DNA of 64,000 nt, from positions 7,031 through 71,030 of the forward strand of contig CADBUX010000002.1 in assembly GCA_902797995.1 (NCBI GenBank), given 5' to 3'. The DNA comes from an uncultured Erysipelotrichaceae bacterium. GTDB taxonomy: Bacteria > Bacillota_I > Bacilli_A > RF39 > UBA660. Made by a program: the position numbers and the translations under genes. Each line of letters opens with the position of its first letter. The stretch's first letter is position 1. Of this stretch, positions 24,556-35,479 are shown piece by piece. The notes beneath the pieces are model-generated. The model searched no databases. It was not told the origin of the DNA and saw only the letters and a program-made list of their open reading frames with translations.

Positions 24556-25999
24556 ATATTTAGATTTAGGTATAAATGAGATTCATGATTTATTAGTTAA
24601 AAAAGAAATAACACCAGTAGATCTTGTTAATGAAGTTTTTGATAGAATTGATCTAGATAAACTAAATTGTTTTATAACAACAGATAAAGAAGGCGCGTTA
24701 AAGAGAGCAGAGTCTCTTGGCGAACCTGATGAAAACAATATTCTTTGGGGACTTCCTATAGCTTTAAAAGATAACATGGTAACTACTAATATGAGAACTA
24801 CCGCAGGCTCTAAAATGTTAGAGAACTTTGTTTCTGTTTATGATGCCCACATTGTTGATTTAATAAATGAAAATAAAATGATTATCATTGGAAAAACAAA
24901 TATGGATGAGTTTGCAATGGGTTCTTCTAACCAAACAAGTTATTTTGGCCCAGTTCGTAATCCGTGGAATAATTCTCTAGTTTCAGGAGGTTCATCTGGA
25001 GGATCAGCTTCTAGCGTTTCATCTAGAATTGTGCCATTTGCCCTTGGCTCTGATACCGGAGGTTCTATAAGGCAACCATCATCTTTCTGTGGTATTGTAG
25101 GACTAAAACCAACATATGGTAGAGTATCACGTTATGGACTTATTGCCTTTGCATCAAGCTTGGATCAAATTGGACCTATGACACGTAATGTTTTTGAAAA
25201 TGCTTCACTTTTAAATATTCTTTGTAAAAAAGATAAACGCGATTTAACTCATATAGGTAAAGAAGAAGACTTTACTCGTCTAATTGGAGAGCCAATCTCA
25301 GGTATGAAAATAGCCATTCCTGAATTTTATATAAGCGATGTTATTGATTCTCAAGTGCTTGATAAAATTAATGATATTAGAAAGCTTCTTGAAGATAATG
25401 GTGCAACTGTTGAAACAGTAAAAGTTCCATATATAGATTATGCAGTTCCTTTATATCAAATAATCGCCCTTGGAGAAGCAAGTTCTAACTTAGCAAGATT
25501 TGATGGTATTAAATATGGATATAGTGCTAAAAATGCAAAAAATATAGATGAATTTTATAAAAAAACTCGCAGTGAAGGCTTTGGCGACGAAGTAAAACGT
25601 CGTATTATGGTTGGATCATTTATGCTTTCTGGTAAGAACGTATCTGAATACTATAATAAAGCATTAAAAATAAGAAAAAGCATTTCTAATTCATTTGAAG
25701 AAATTTTTAAAGAATATGATTTAGTAATTGGACCAACTACAACTTGTCTTCCATATGAAATTGGAGAATTCTTACAAGATCCAAATAGATCATTTGTTGA
25801 TGATGTATTAACCATTCCTGTTAATATGGCAGGTCTTCCTGGAATGAGTGTTCCAATTGGTTTTTCTAAAGAGCATTTACCAATTGGCATGCAAATAATA
25901 GGTAATAAATGGGAAGAAGCTGTTATGTATAAGTTAGCAGCGTTTATTGAAAGCAAGCTTTCACTAGATTTAGTTCCTGGAGGTGATAATAATGAGTAA
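24548..25999 (+). CDS. gatA: Asp/Glu-tRNA amidotransferase subunit A
   Basis: Amidase signature GGSSGGSA...GSDTGGSIRQP. ATG 24548 overlaps the gatC stop. Confidence 0.95.
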   Translation: MSKYLDLGINEIHDLLVKKEITPVDLVNEVFDRIDLDKLNCFITTDKEGALKRAESLGEPDENNILWGLPIALKDNMVTTNMRTTAGSKMLENFVSVYDAHIVDLINENKMIIIGKTNMDEFAMGSSNQTSYFGPVRNPWNNSLVSGGSSGGSASSVSSRIVPFALGSDTGGSIRQPSSFCGIVGLKPTYGRVSRYGLIAFASSLDQIGPMTRNVFENASLLNILCKKDKRDLTHIGKEEDFTRLIGEPISGMKIAIPEFYISDVIDSQVLDKINDIRKLLEDNGATVETVKVPYIDYAVPLYQIIALGEASSNLARFDGIKYGYSAKNAKNIDEFYKKTRSEGFGDEVKRRIMVGSFMLSGKNVSEYYNKALKIRKSISNSFEEIFKEYDLVIGPTTTCLPYEIGEFLQDPNRSFVDDVLTIPVNMAGLPGMSVPIGFSKEHLPIGMQIIGNKWEEAVMYKLAAFIESKLSLDLVPGGDNNE

Positions 26000-27386
26000 T
26001 TATAAACCTACGATTGGTATTGAAGTGCACCTAGAATTAAATACAGATGCCAAAGTATTTTCACTTTCTAAAAATAATTATAGTGATGTTGCCAATACTA
26101 ACATAAATGAAATAGATTTAGCTTATCCTGGAGTGCTTCCAACATTTAATAAAGGTGTTCTTGATAAAGCGCTTCTTGCATGTCTTGGACTTAATATGAA
26201 CATATCTCGTAAAATGCATTTTGATAGAAAAAACTATTATTATCCAGATCTTCCAAAAGGATACCAAATAACTCAGTTTAATACTCCGATAGGACTAAAT
26301 GGTTATTTAACACTATCAACAGGTAAAAAAGTAGGAATATCAGATATCCATATTGAAGAAGATACTTGTAAAAGCCTTCATCATAATGGAAAAACCCTTC
26401 TTAACTACAATAGATGCGGAGTGCCTCTAATTGAAATAGTATCATGTGCTGATATGAATTCTAAAGAAGAAGCTATGGATTACGCAGAACGCTTACGTGA
26501 AACTTTACTTTATCTAGGAGTATCAGATTGTAAGATTGAAGAAGGATCTATGCGTTTTGATGTAAATATTTCAGTATCAAAAGATGATACCTTAGGAGTT
26601 CGTTCTGAAATTAAAAACATTGGTTCAATCTCTAATATTGGAGATGCTATCGATTACGAAGTAAAAAGAAAAATCGAAGCACTAGAAAATGGTGAAGAGT
26701 TATTATTTGAAACAAGAAGATTTGATTCAGATACTGGAAAAACAATTTTTATGAGAACAAAAGATACCAACAATGATTATCGTTATTTTCCAGAACCAGA
26801 TATTCCATATATCTATCTTGATGAAGATGATATTTTATCAGTAAAAGAAAAACTCGTTATGCTTCCAAAAGAAAGAAGAGAAGAGTACAAAAAAAGAAGC
26901 ATTTCAAATATAAACATAGAAAAATTAATTGCTAATAAAGAACTATCTGATTATTTAAACATATTCTTAGATGAAAACATAGACTTTAATATAGCAAGTA
27001 ATATTTTACTTGGAGACATATCTTCATATTTAAACAAAACAAGAAAGAGTATTTTTGATACTAAATTAGATAAAGAAAGATTTATTATTGTAGTAAATGC
27101 TTTGAAAGCCGAAGAAATATCTTCTAAAATATTTAAAGAAATACTTAATTCTATCATGGAAGATGATGCTTTAGATTTAGATTCACATAAACAAGTTAAT
27201 AGTGATGAAAAGATAATAGAAATAGTTACAAAAGTAATTAACGATTATCCAGATTCTGTTAAAGATTACAAAAATGGTAAAGATAATGCTATTAAATTCT
27301 TAATGGGAATGTGTATGAAAGAATCTGGTGGTAAATTAAATCCAAAAATGGTAATGGATATTTTACAGGACTTTTTAAATAAATAA
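25992..27386 (+). CDS. gatB: Asp/Glu-tRNA amidotransferase subunit B
   Basis: PTIGIEVHLEL, NRCGVPLIEIV and YFPEPD motifs. ATG 25992 follows GGAGGTG. Confidence 0.95.
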   Translation: MSNYKPTIGIEVHLELNTDAKVFSLSKNNYSDVANTNINEIDLAYPGVLPTFNKGVLDKALLACLGLNMNISRKMHFDRKNYYYPDLPKGYQITQFNTPIGLNGYLTLSTGKKVGISDIHIEEDTCKSLHHNGKTLLNYNRCGVPLIEIVSCADMNSKEEAMDYAERLRETLLYLGVSDCKIEEGSMRFDVNISVSKDDTLGVRSEIKNIGSISNIGDAIDYEVKRKIEALENGEELLFETRRFDSDTGKTIFMRTKDTNNDYRYFPEPDIPYIYLDEDDILSVKEKLVMLPKERREEYKKRSISNINIEKLIANKELSDYLNIFLDENIDFNIASNILLGDISSYLNKTRKSIFDTKLDKERFIIVVNALKAEEISSKIFKEILNSIMEDDALDLDSHKQVNSDEKIIEIVTKVINDYPDSVKDYKNGKDNAIKFLMGMCMKESGGKLNPKMVMDILQDFLNK

Positions 27387-27442
27387 TAATTGATTATTAC
27401 CTTAATATAATGTATAATTGACTAAGATAAGGAGTGATTTAA

Positions 27443-27928
27443 GTGTCTAATAAAATTCTAAAAGAACTTAAACAAAACAAATATACTGTTATTGTATTTT
27501 GTATATTTTTAGGACTATTTATCATAGGATGGTTAGTTTTTGGACTTGTTATGCCTAAAAATACTGATGAAAAATATGGAACTAGACTTGATCCAATAAA
27601 AGCAGAATATAATAACGATATGAAAAAAGCTAAACAAGATTCTGATAAGGCAGAAAACACAATAGTGGAATCTGTAAAAAAGAAAGATTACGTTACTTCT
27701 GCATCTGCAGAAACTAAAGGTAAAAAAATCGATATAGTTGTAGAAGTAAAGTCAAATACGAGTGCTAAGACTGCTAGAGAACTTGGTGATGTAGTACTAA
27801 AAAATACAGATGATAAGATAAAGAAATTATATGATATGCAACTATTTATAAAAAATGAAAAAGAAGATGCAAAAGAATTTCCTATGATAGGATATAAAAA
27901 TGCTAAGGATAAAAACTTTGCTTTTTAG
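27443..27928 (+). CDS. Hypothetical membrane-anchored protein
   Basis: GTG follows AAGGAG. There is one N-terminal TM segment and no recognised motif. Confidence 0.5.
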   Translation: MSNKILKELKQNKYTVIVFCIFLGLFIIGWLVFGLVMPKNTDEKYGTRLDPIKAEYNNDMKKAKQDSDKAENTIVESVKKKDYVTSASAETKGKKIDIVVEVKSNTSAKTARELGDVVLKNTDDKIKKLYDMQLFIKNEKEDAKEFPMIGYKNAKDKNFAF

Positions 27929-27938
27929 GAGTTAAATT

Positions 27939-30005
27939 ATGAAAAACAAAAAGAAAAAGAGTAGTAAAAAAAATATAAATAGGTTTAATTATCTTAAAAT
28001 ATGTATAATTACTGTACTTGTTATAGTAATTGGAGTAGGACTTTATTTTTTCTTAACCGCAGAAGATGATGAAACAAGTCTTACCATACTTGAAAAACAA
28101 TGGATAATGCGCAATAAAAAGACACTTGTTGATATAAACGTTCCTAATAATCTAAGTGTTCTATCAGACAATGGAAAAGGTGTAGTGTTTGACTATCTAT
28201 CAAAAGTTGAAAAAGATACTGGCTTAAAATTTAATAAAAAATCTTATAACTATAGAATAAACAGTGATGAATTAAAGGGACTTTCCATTGCAGTATTATC
28301 TAATGAAGATAGAATAAAAGATACAGATGTTTTATTAACAGAAGATAATTATGTATTAATTGGATTAAATGAAGGATATTTAAGTAATTTAAATGATTTA
28401 TATAATAGAAAAGTTGGTATTCTAAAAACAGATAAATCAATAGTTTCAAATTATGTCAATACAAATTATAATTATATAGAATATGATGATATAGAAAGCT
28501 TAATTTCAGCACTTAAAAGTAGTAAAGTAAACTATGCCATAGCCCCTAGATACTATGCACTTAATGAAGTAGTATCAAATAACGCTTATATAAAATATAG
28601 TTTCAATGATTTGTCAAATAAAATAGTTTTAAGAGTAGAAGATAACAATCGTTTATCAGATATTATGGTTAAATATCTAAACTCTTTTAAAACTAATAAT
28701 TATATGTCAAGATATGAAAAAGAGTTTATGAACTTTTATTTAAACAATACATCTGCAACAGAACTTGATACTAGCTCGCTATCTAGTAAAGTGTACACTT
28801 ACGGATATGTAAAAGATAGCACCTATAATATTTTAAATAATAAGAAATTATATGGATTTGCAGGAGAGTACATAAACTTACTTTCTGATATGGCAAATAT
28901 TGACTTAAACTATAATGATTATTCTTCAAAAGAAGAATTAGCAGCTGCTATCAAAAGCGGTAATGTTGATATAGCATTTATCGATTTCGATTATAAAAAT
29001 GAACAAGGAAAGTATACAGTAAGTAGTTTTAGTCCTCAAATGGTAGCTATTAGTAAGACTGATTACAGAATTTCTAATAAAGAAGGACTTGAAAATAGAA
29101 AACTATACACAACAGAAAATAGTTATCTAGAAAAGTATTTAAAGGATAATTATAATTCTGTAGTAAATACAATTAAAAATGTAGATAGTGCTATTCCTGA
29201 TGATGGAATACTAGTTTTAGATGAAATAGACTATCATTACTACTCAAAAAAGAATAAGCTTGATGATTACTATCTATTATTAAAAGATAATTATTCAGCA
29301 GATTATAAATTCTATATTAAAACAGATGAACAATCAATGTATAACTTTATTAATTTTATGCTTATGTATACAGATGGTAGCGATATAAAAGTTGAAGCCT
29401 TAAATAAACTTGTTTCATCTAGTGAAAGTAAAGGCGGATTTGTTAATATGTATTTAATGGTTGTACTAATTATAGTAATTCCAGTAATAGTCCTATTTGC
29501 TATCCTTGCACTTACTAGAACTCGTAAAAATATAAAGATTTTACGTAAAGAAGATATTTTAAAATATAACGATATGCTTACATCTTTAAAGAATAGAAAT
29601 TATCTTAATGCTCATATAGATGAATGGGATGAACAAAAGATAATTCCAAGAACAATAATTATTGCAGACCTTAATAATTTAAAATATATAAATGATAATT
29701 ATGGTGGGGATGAAGGAGATTTATTAATTAAAAAAGCTGCTGCTATACTTATCAATACACAACTTGAAAAAAGTGAAATAATTAGAACAGATGGTAATGA
29801 ATTTCTTATTTATTTAATAGGTTACAATAAAACACAAGTTAGTACTTATATAAATAAGCTTTCGCGTGAATTTGAAAAATTACCACATGGTTTTGGTGCT
29901 GCAATAGGATATAGTATGATTGAAGATGAAATAAAAACAATTGATGATGCTATTAATGAAGCAAGTATTGAAATGCGTGCTGATAAGGAGCAAAACTATA
30001 AATAA
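27939..30005 (+). CDS. Membrane receptor with extracytoplasmic solute-binding-like domains and a degenerate GGDEF domain
   Basis: An N-terminal TM is followed by ~450 aa of extracellular sequence, a second TM (LMVVLIIVIPVIVLFAILAL) and a GGDEF fold. In that fold the signature reads RTDGNEF instead of RxGGDEF, and GH..GD reads GGDEGD. Confidence 0.7.
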   Translation: MKNKKKKSSKKNINRFNYLKICIITVLVIVIGVGLYFFLTAEDDETSLTILEKQWIMRNKKTLVDINVPNNLSVLSDNGKGVVFDYLSKVEKDTGLKFNKKSYNYRINSDELKGLSIAVLSNEDRIKDTDVLLTEDNYVLIGLNEGYLSNLNDLYNRKVGILKTDKSIVSNYVNTNYNYIEYDDIESLISALKSSKVNYAIAPRYYALNEVVSNNAYIKYSFNDLSNKIVLRVEDNNRLSDIMVKYLNSFKTNNYMSRYEKEFMNFYLNNTSATELDTSSLSSKVYTYGYVKDSTYNILNNKKLYGFAGEYINLLSDMANIDLNYNDYSSKEELAAAIKSGNVDIAFIDFDYKNEQGKYTVSSFSPQMVAISKTDYRISNKEGLENRKLYTTENSYLEKYLKDNYNSVVNTIKNVDSAIPDDGILVLDEIDYHYYSKKNKLDDYYLLLKDNYSADYKFYIKTDEQSMYNFINFMLMYTDGSDIKVEALNKLVSSSESKGGFVNMYLMVVLIIVIPVIVLFAILALTRTRKNIKILRKEDILKYNDMLTSLKNRNYLNAHIDEWDEQKIIPRTIIIADLNNLKYINDNYGGDEGDLLIKKAAAILINTQLEKSEIIRTDGNEFLIYLIGYNKTQVSTYINKLSREFEKLPHGFGAAIGYSMIEDEIKTIDDAINEASIEMRADKEQNYK

Positions 30006-30907
30006 TGGTTCAAGATAAAGCTAAAAGAATAATAACTAATTTTACAGACATTTTAAAAAGCCCAGAGATGCAAATTCTTCCTGGGCAAATTGCCTTTTAT
30101 TTCGTAATGTCAATTATACCTATTGCAACAATCAGTGGGGTTGTGGCATCCTTAATAATTGAAAACTTTAATTTTGTTGATACCGTAAACTCGGTACTTC
30201 CAAAAGCACTTGCTACTATTTTCACATCACTTTCAACTGATTTACATATTCAGGGAATTGCATTTGTTCTTGTTTTATACTTACTCCTAGGATCAAATGC
30301 TCCTGGTTCTATTATCATTGCTTCAAACATTTTTTATGAAGTAGAGCAACCAAATTATATTAAGTTAAAGTTCAAATCTTTTGTTATGACAGTAATAATT
30401 GTAGTATTATTGTTATTTGTAGTTATTTTTCCACTTTTAGGAGATATAATAGTCAACTTTATAACTACTACATTTAATAGTAATTTTCTTGATAATTACA
30501 GGCTTTTGTATGTAACTATCAAGGGATTAGGATCTTTCATAGTAATGTTTTTTATAATTAAACTTTTATATACGTATGCACCAAGTAAAAGGATTGATAG
30601 AACAACCACTATAAAAGGATCATTATTTACTTCAGTAGGATGGATATTATCAACTTACATATTTGCGTTTTATATAACCAATATTGCTTCATATGATGTT
30701 GTTTATGGCAATTTTGCCAATATATTAATATTACTTTTATGGGTATATATTTTAGCTTACTTATTTGTAGTAGGCATGGCCTTAAATGTAGATGATTTTC
30801 ATAAACAAAGGAAGTGTTTAAATGAAAAAGATACAAAAAGAAAAGCAAAAAAAGAAGAAAGCACAAAAATTAAACAAGAAAGATCTAAACAAAAAAATAA
30901 AAAATAA
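30005..30907 (+). CDS. YihY/BrkB-family membrane protein
   Basis: It has the six-TM profile and the LPGQIAFYFVMSIIP / VYGNFANILILLLWVY motifs of the YihY family, plus a lysine-rich tail. Confidence 0.75.
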   Translation: MVQDKAKRIITNFTDILKSPEMQILPGQIAFYFVMSIIPIATISGVVASLIIENFNFVDTVNSVLPKALATIFTSLSTDLHIQGIAFVLVLYLLLGSNAPGSIIIASNIFYEVEQPNYIKLKFKSFVMTVIIVVLLLFVVIFPLLGDIIVNFITTTFNSNFLDNYRLLYVTIKGLGSFIVMFFIIKLLYTYAPSKRIDRTTTIKGSLFTSVGWILSTYIFAFYITNIASYDVVYGNFANILILLLWVYILAYLFVVGMALNVDDFHKQRKCLNEKDTKRKAKKEESTKIKQERSKQKNKK

Positions 30908-32906
30908 ATTTAGTTTAAAAACAATAAAACAATTCTTTATAGAAATAATTAGAGTTACTAAACTAATATTATCAGATAATAAATTAATTCTTCTCTATAT
31001 AATTGGAGCTACTATAAATGGAATGATACTTAGAGGTTTAACAATTGGTTATCCATTTAGATTTAGACCTATTTTAGCAGACTTAATTATATCTTTAATT
31101 TTTGCATCATTTTACTTTTTAATAAAGAAAAGATATCGCTTTATATATTTGATAGCAATATCAATTGTTAGTAGTATAGTCTGTATAGCTAACATAATAT
31201 ATTACTTTTATTACAGCTCATTTATATCAATTACATTTTTCTCATTTGCACTTACTAATCATGATACGGGAGGTTCTAATGTATTAGGATCAATGCTTAA
31301 TCCTAAATTTATCATATTCTTCTGGTTAACTATTGCTTTGTTCGTTTTAAGAAGCACTGAAAAGAAAAATAACAATCTAGATGATGCTTTTAAAAGAGTT
31401 AGAAAAAACACTGTATTTAAAACCATTTATACATGGGTAGGAATATTTTTTATAGTATTTTTAATTAGTTTAAAACCAGTTGATTTTAGCAGACTTTATA
31501 GTCAGTGGAATAGAGAATACTTAGTATCAAGATTTGGAGTTTATATGTATCAAATTAATGATATGGTAAAAAGTATTGAACCTAAAATGGCTACACTATT
31601 TGGTAAAGATAAAGCCTATAGAGAAATAAGTGAGTATTATGAAGAAAATAGTTTAAAGCCAAAGAAAAATGAATATACTAATTTATTTAAAGGCAAAAAT
31701 GTTATTGCAGTCCACGCAGAAAGTATGCAACGTGCTCTACTTAACCTAAAAATCAACGGTAAAGAAATAACCCCAAATTTAAATAGACTTGCATCATCTG
31801 GTATATATTTCGATAACTTTTATTCACAAGTTAGTTTTGGTACAAGTAGCGATACTGAATTTACTTTGGCAACCTCACTTCTTCCAGTATCAAGTGGTAC
31901 AGTATTCATTAACTACTCTGATAGAGATTATATGTCTTTCTATCAACAGTTACAAAAACATGGTTACTATACTTTTAGTATGCATGCCAATACTGGAGAT
32001 TTCTGGAATAGAAATATAATGCATAAAAGTTTAGGCTATGATAAATTTTATGATAAAGCAAGTTATAATATTGATGAAGAAATAGGATTTGGCTTAAGTG
32101 ATAAATCATTTATTACACAATCAGTAAATTATATAAAAGAAATTAATAAAGAACACAAAAAGTTTTATGGTACATTAATAACATTAAGTAATCATACACC
32201 ATTTGATTATAATGAACTATTCGGAGATTTTCCTGTTACAATGACTAAAGATGGAAAAACATATCCATATATGGATAAGACCAAACTTGGTAATTACTTT
32301 GTTTCTGCCCATTATGCAGACAAGCAGCTTGGACTTTTAGTAGACCTTTTAGAAAAAGAAGGAATCATGGATAATACTATAATTATGATTTATGGAGATC
32401 ACGATGCTAGAATTTCTACATCACAATGGAATAGATTTTATAATTATGATTATAAAACAGATGATATTCTTAAAGAAGATGATCCAAACTATCAAAAATT
32501 AGATTATTACTGGCAAGAAATAAACCGAAGAGTACCTGTAATAATATGGTCAAATAGCAAAGAAGTGCAAAACAAATATAGCAAAAAAATAGGTACTGCT
32601 ATGGGAATGTATGACCTTACTCCAACCCTTGGTAATATGCTTGGAATAAGAAATAAGTATGCACTTGGATCTGACATTATTAACAAGACAGATAATTTAG
32701 TACCTTTCCCAAATGGTAATTATGTTACTAACTATGTTTATTATAATGACAATAAAGAAGAGTACAAACTTCTTAAAGATATTCCGCTTTCAGAAGACTA
32801 CATAAAAGAGAACAAAAATAAGACTCAAAAATTAATAGATATATCAAACGATATAATAGTTTACAATTACTTTGGAAATAAATTTCCACTTGAGGAGGAA
32901 AAATGA
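30822..32906 (+). CDS. ltaS: LTA synthase family protein (LtaS-type phosphoglycerol transferase/sulfatase fold)
   Basis: Five N-terminal TM segments are followed by an extracellular sulfatase-like domain (VIAVHAES, SFGTSSDTEF, LSNHTPF, YGDHD). The start is uncertain: ATG 30822 overlaps yihY by 86 nt. Confidence 0.8.
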   Translation: MKKIQKEKQKKKKAQKLNKKDLNKKIKNKFSLKTIKQFFIEIIRVTKLILSDNKLILLYIIGATINGMILRGLTIGYPFRFRPILADLIISLIFASFYFLIKKRYRFIYLIAISIVSSIVCIANIIYYFYYSSFISITFFSFALTNHDTGGSNVLGSMLNPKFIIFFWLTIALFVLRSTEKKNNNLDDAFKRVRKNTVFKTIYTWVGIFFIVFLISLKPVDFSRLYSQWNREYLVSRFGVYMYQINDMVKSIEPKMATLFGKDKAYREISEYYEENSLKPKKNEYTNLFKGKNVIAVHAESMQRALLNLKINGKEITPNLNRLASSGIYFDNFYSQVSFGTSSDTEFTLATSLLPVSSGTVFINYSDRDYMSFYQQLQKHGYYTFSMHANTGDFWNRNIMHKSLGYDKFYDKASYNIDEEIGFGLSDKSFITQSVNYIKEINKEHKKFYGTLITLSNHTPFDYNELFGDFPVTMTKDGKTYPYMDKTKLGNYFVSAHYADKQLGLLVDLLEKEGIMDNTIIMIYGDHDARISTSQWNRFYNYDYKTDDILKEDDPNYQKLDYYWQEINRRVPVIIWSNSKEVQNKYSKKIGTAMGMYDLTPTLGNMLGIRNKYALGSDIINKTDNLVPFPNGNYVTNYVYYNDNKEEYKLLKDIPLSEDYIKENKNKTQKLIDISNDIIVYNYFGNKFPLEEEK

Positions 32907-33532
32907 AAAAGAAACGCAGATTAAAGAAAAAAGTAATAGTATTAATAGTATTAATAATAATCTTAATTCTTTTAATTACCGGAGGACTTATCTATAAAAA
33001 TTTATCTAAGGATAGCAATGGGAAGCCTACTAAAGTATTAGATGAAATACCAGAATATGGTTATGTTTTAAAAGATAGTGCTCCTAAGATATATAAAGAT
33101 TTATTTAAAAAGTTAATGGATGTTTTAAAAGAAGAAAATGTTGATTATGATGAGTATGCAAAACTAATATCACAAATGGCTGTTATTGATTTTTATAATT
33201 TAGATAATAAAACATCAAAAAATGATGTTGGAGGGGCACAGTTCATAAGAAGTGAAAATGTTGATAATTTCGTTTTGGAAGCCTCAGAAACAGTTTATAA
33301 ATATGTAGAACAAAATCTAGATGGCAAAAGAAAACAACAACTTCCAGTAGTTACTTCATCAGAAATAAAAGATTTAAAAAAAGAAAAGTATAAGTACAAA
33401 GATATTAAAGATGATGAAGCTTATAATGTAAAAGTAAGTATAGATTATAAAGAAGATTTAGGATATCCAAAAGAAGTAGAAGTAAAATTATTACATACAG
33501 ATAAAAAACTAGAAATATATTATATGAAGTAA
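32903..33532 (+). CDS. Hypothetical membrane-anchored protein
   Basis: It overlaps the ltaS stop by 4 nt. It has an N-terminal basic stretch plus one TM segment. Confidence 0.5.
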   Translation: MKKKRRLKKKVIVLIVLIIILILLITGGLIYKNLSKDSNGKPTKVLDEIPEYGYVLKDSAPKIYKDLFKKLMDVLKEENVDYDEYAKLISQMAVIDFYNLDNKTSKNDVGGAQFIRSENVDNFVLEASETVYKYVEQNLDGKRKQQLPVVTSSEIKDLKKEKYKYKDIKDDEAYNVKVSIDYKEDLGYPKEVEVKLLHTDKKLEIYYMK

Positions 33533-33649
33533 AAGGAATTATTGACATTCCTTTTTTTGTCAAATTTATTGGAATCATTGACAAACTTTTTGCATTTTTT
33601 GTTTATAAAAATATCATTTTGTGATAAAATCATTATAGTAGGTGGTTCT

Positions 33650-35368
33650 ATGGACATTAAAAAACTATATATAATAGGAATAGTTGTTGTTATATTAATT
33701 ATATGTGTTGTATGTTTTATCATCTTTAAACAAAAAAAATATAAAGGGCTTCGTGAAAAATTAGAAGAACTAGAGCGTCAACGTAATTTAATTGTAGCCA
33801 CTCCAGTTATGACTGAACTTGATAAGGTTAAAGTTATAATAAACAACTCAGAACTTGAAAAAAAATATGCTGATTGGCAAAAAAGATACGAGATTATCAA
33901 AAATGAAAGATATAGTGATATAACAGATAAACTTTTAGAAGTTGACAACTTAATTGAAGACAAAGAATATAGTGATGCAAAAGAAGCAATTGTAAATCTT
34001 GAAATGGAAATATATAAACTTCGCGTTAGTACTGATAATTTACTTGATGAAATACGTGAAGTTACCATGAGCGAAGAAAGAAATCGCACTATTGTTACTA
34101 AATTAAAATCAAGATTTAGAGAGCTTGAAAGAACATTAGATAATAATAGAGCAGCATATGGCGATGTTATTAATAATATAGAACTTCAATTTGAAAACAT
34201 AGAAAAGAAGTTTACAGATTTTGAAGAAGTTATGGAAAAAAATGAATATGAAGAAGTAGTCGGAGTTGTTAAAGTTCTTGATGAAATGATCGCGCATATG
34301 GGAGTAGTAATCGAAGAACTGCCTGATGTAATACTTCTTACAGATAAAATACTTCCAAACAGAATTAAAGAAGTTCGTGATACATATGAAAAACTAGCAG
34401 CTAAAGATTATCCGCTTGATCATATGAAAGTTCCATATAACCTTAATCAAATTGAAAATAAAGTCGGAGATATTAAAACCAGAATAAAAATACTTAATTT
34501 AGAAGACAGCATGTTTGAATTAAAGACATTTCTTGATTATTTAGATAATTTATTTACAGATTTCGAAATAGAAAAGAAAAGTAAAAAATTATTTGATGAA
34601 ACCGCTCGTAATTTTAAATCAAAATTACAAAAGGTTAATAGAATTGTTACAGATATATATAATCAATTAGATGACATAAAAAGTATGTATAATTTAGAAA
34701 GTGAAGATTTATCAGACTTAGAACAAATTAATAAAGAATTATATAAGGTAAATAATGATTTTAATGATATCATTAAAGAACTAAAAAACAAGACGTTTCC
34801 TTACTCAAAACTAAAAGATAAAATAATGTCACTATCAAGTAATTTCGGACAAATTGAAGATAATCTTAACTTATGCTTAAAATCTTTAGGCAGTATGCAC
34901 GATGATGAAATGAGAGCTCGTGAACAATTAGATGAGATAACAGAATTATTAAAGAAGTGTCGTGCTAAAATTAGGCATAATCCACTTCCTATAATATCTA
35001 ATAATTATTTTGTAGAGCTTTCTGAAGCAAATGATGCTATATATGAAATAGTAAAAGAACTTGAAAAAACTCCAATAACTATTAAAACATTAAATATAAG
35101 AGTTGATACTGCTCGTGATTTATCACTTAAATTATACAGTACAACTAATGAAATGATAAAAACTGCTAAACTTTCTGAAATGACTATTATGTATGGTAAT
35201 AGATATAAACCTATTGATAAAGATATAGAGCAAGGTTTAGATGTAGCAAGTCAGCTATTCTTTAAAGGTAATTATAAAAAATCTTTGGAAACCGCAATTG
35301 CAGCCATAAATATAATAGAACCTGATATTCATAAAAAAATGCTTCATTTATATAAAGAAGATAAATAG
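33650..35368 (+). CDS. ezrA: Septation ring formation regulator EzrA
   Basis: ATG 33650 follows GGTGG and a TGTGATAAAAT promoter. There is a single N-terminal TM and then ~540 aa of coiled-coil repeats, the EzrA architecture. The track's 33542 start lies upstream of the promoter. Confidence 0.8.
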   Translation: MDIKKLYIIGIVVVILIICVVCFIIFKQKKYKGLREKLEELERQRNLIVATPVMTELDKVKVIINNSELEKKYADWQKRYEIIKNERYSDITDKLLEVDNLIEDKEYSDAKEAIVNLEMEIYKLRVSTDNLLDEIREVTMSEERNRTIVTKLKSRFRELERTLDNNRAAYGDVINNIELQFENIEKKFTDFEEVMEKNEYEEVVGVVKVLDEMIAHMGVVIEELPDVILLTDKILPNRIKEVRDTYEKLAAKDYPLDHMKVPYNLNQIENKVGDIKTRIKILNLEDSMFELKTFLDYLDNLFTDFEIEKKSKKLFDETARNFKSKLQKVNRIVTDIYNQLDDIKSMYNLESEDLSDLEQINKELYKVNNDFNDIIKELKNKTFPYSKLKDKIMSLSSNFGQIEDNLNLCLKSLGSMHDDEMRAREQLDEITELLKKCRAKIRHNPLPIISNNYFVELSEANDAIYEIVKELEKTPITIKTLNIRVDTARDLSLKLYSTTNEMIKTAKLSEMTIMYGNRYKPIDKDIEQGLDVASQLFFKGNYKKSLETAIAAINIIEPDIHKKMLHLYKEDK

Positions 35369-35479
35369 GAAATCAAAAAGATTTCTTATTTTTTTAACAA
35401 AAAAACTAGGTGAAGCGCCTCCAAAAGACTAATTATATATAGATGTGTTTTCATAAAAAATAAAAAAAGAATTAATTAT

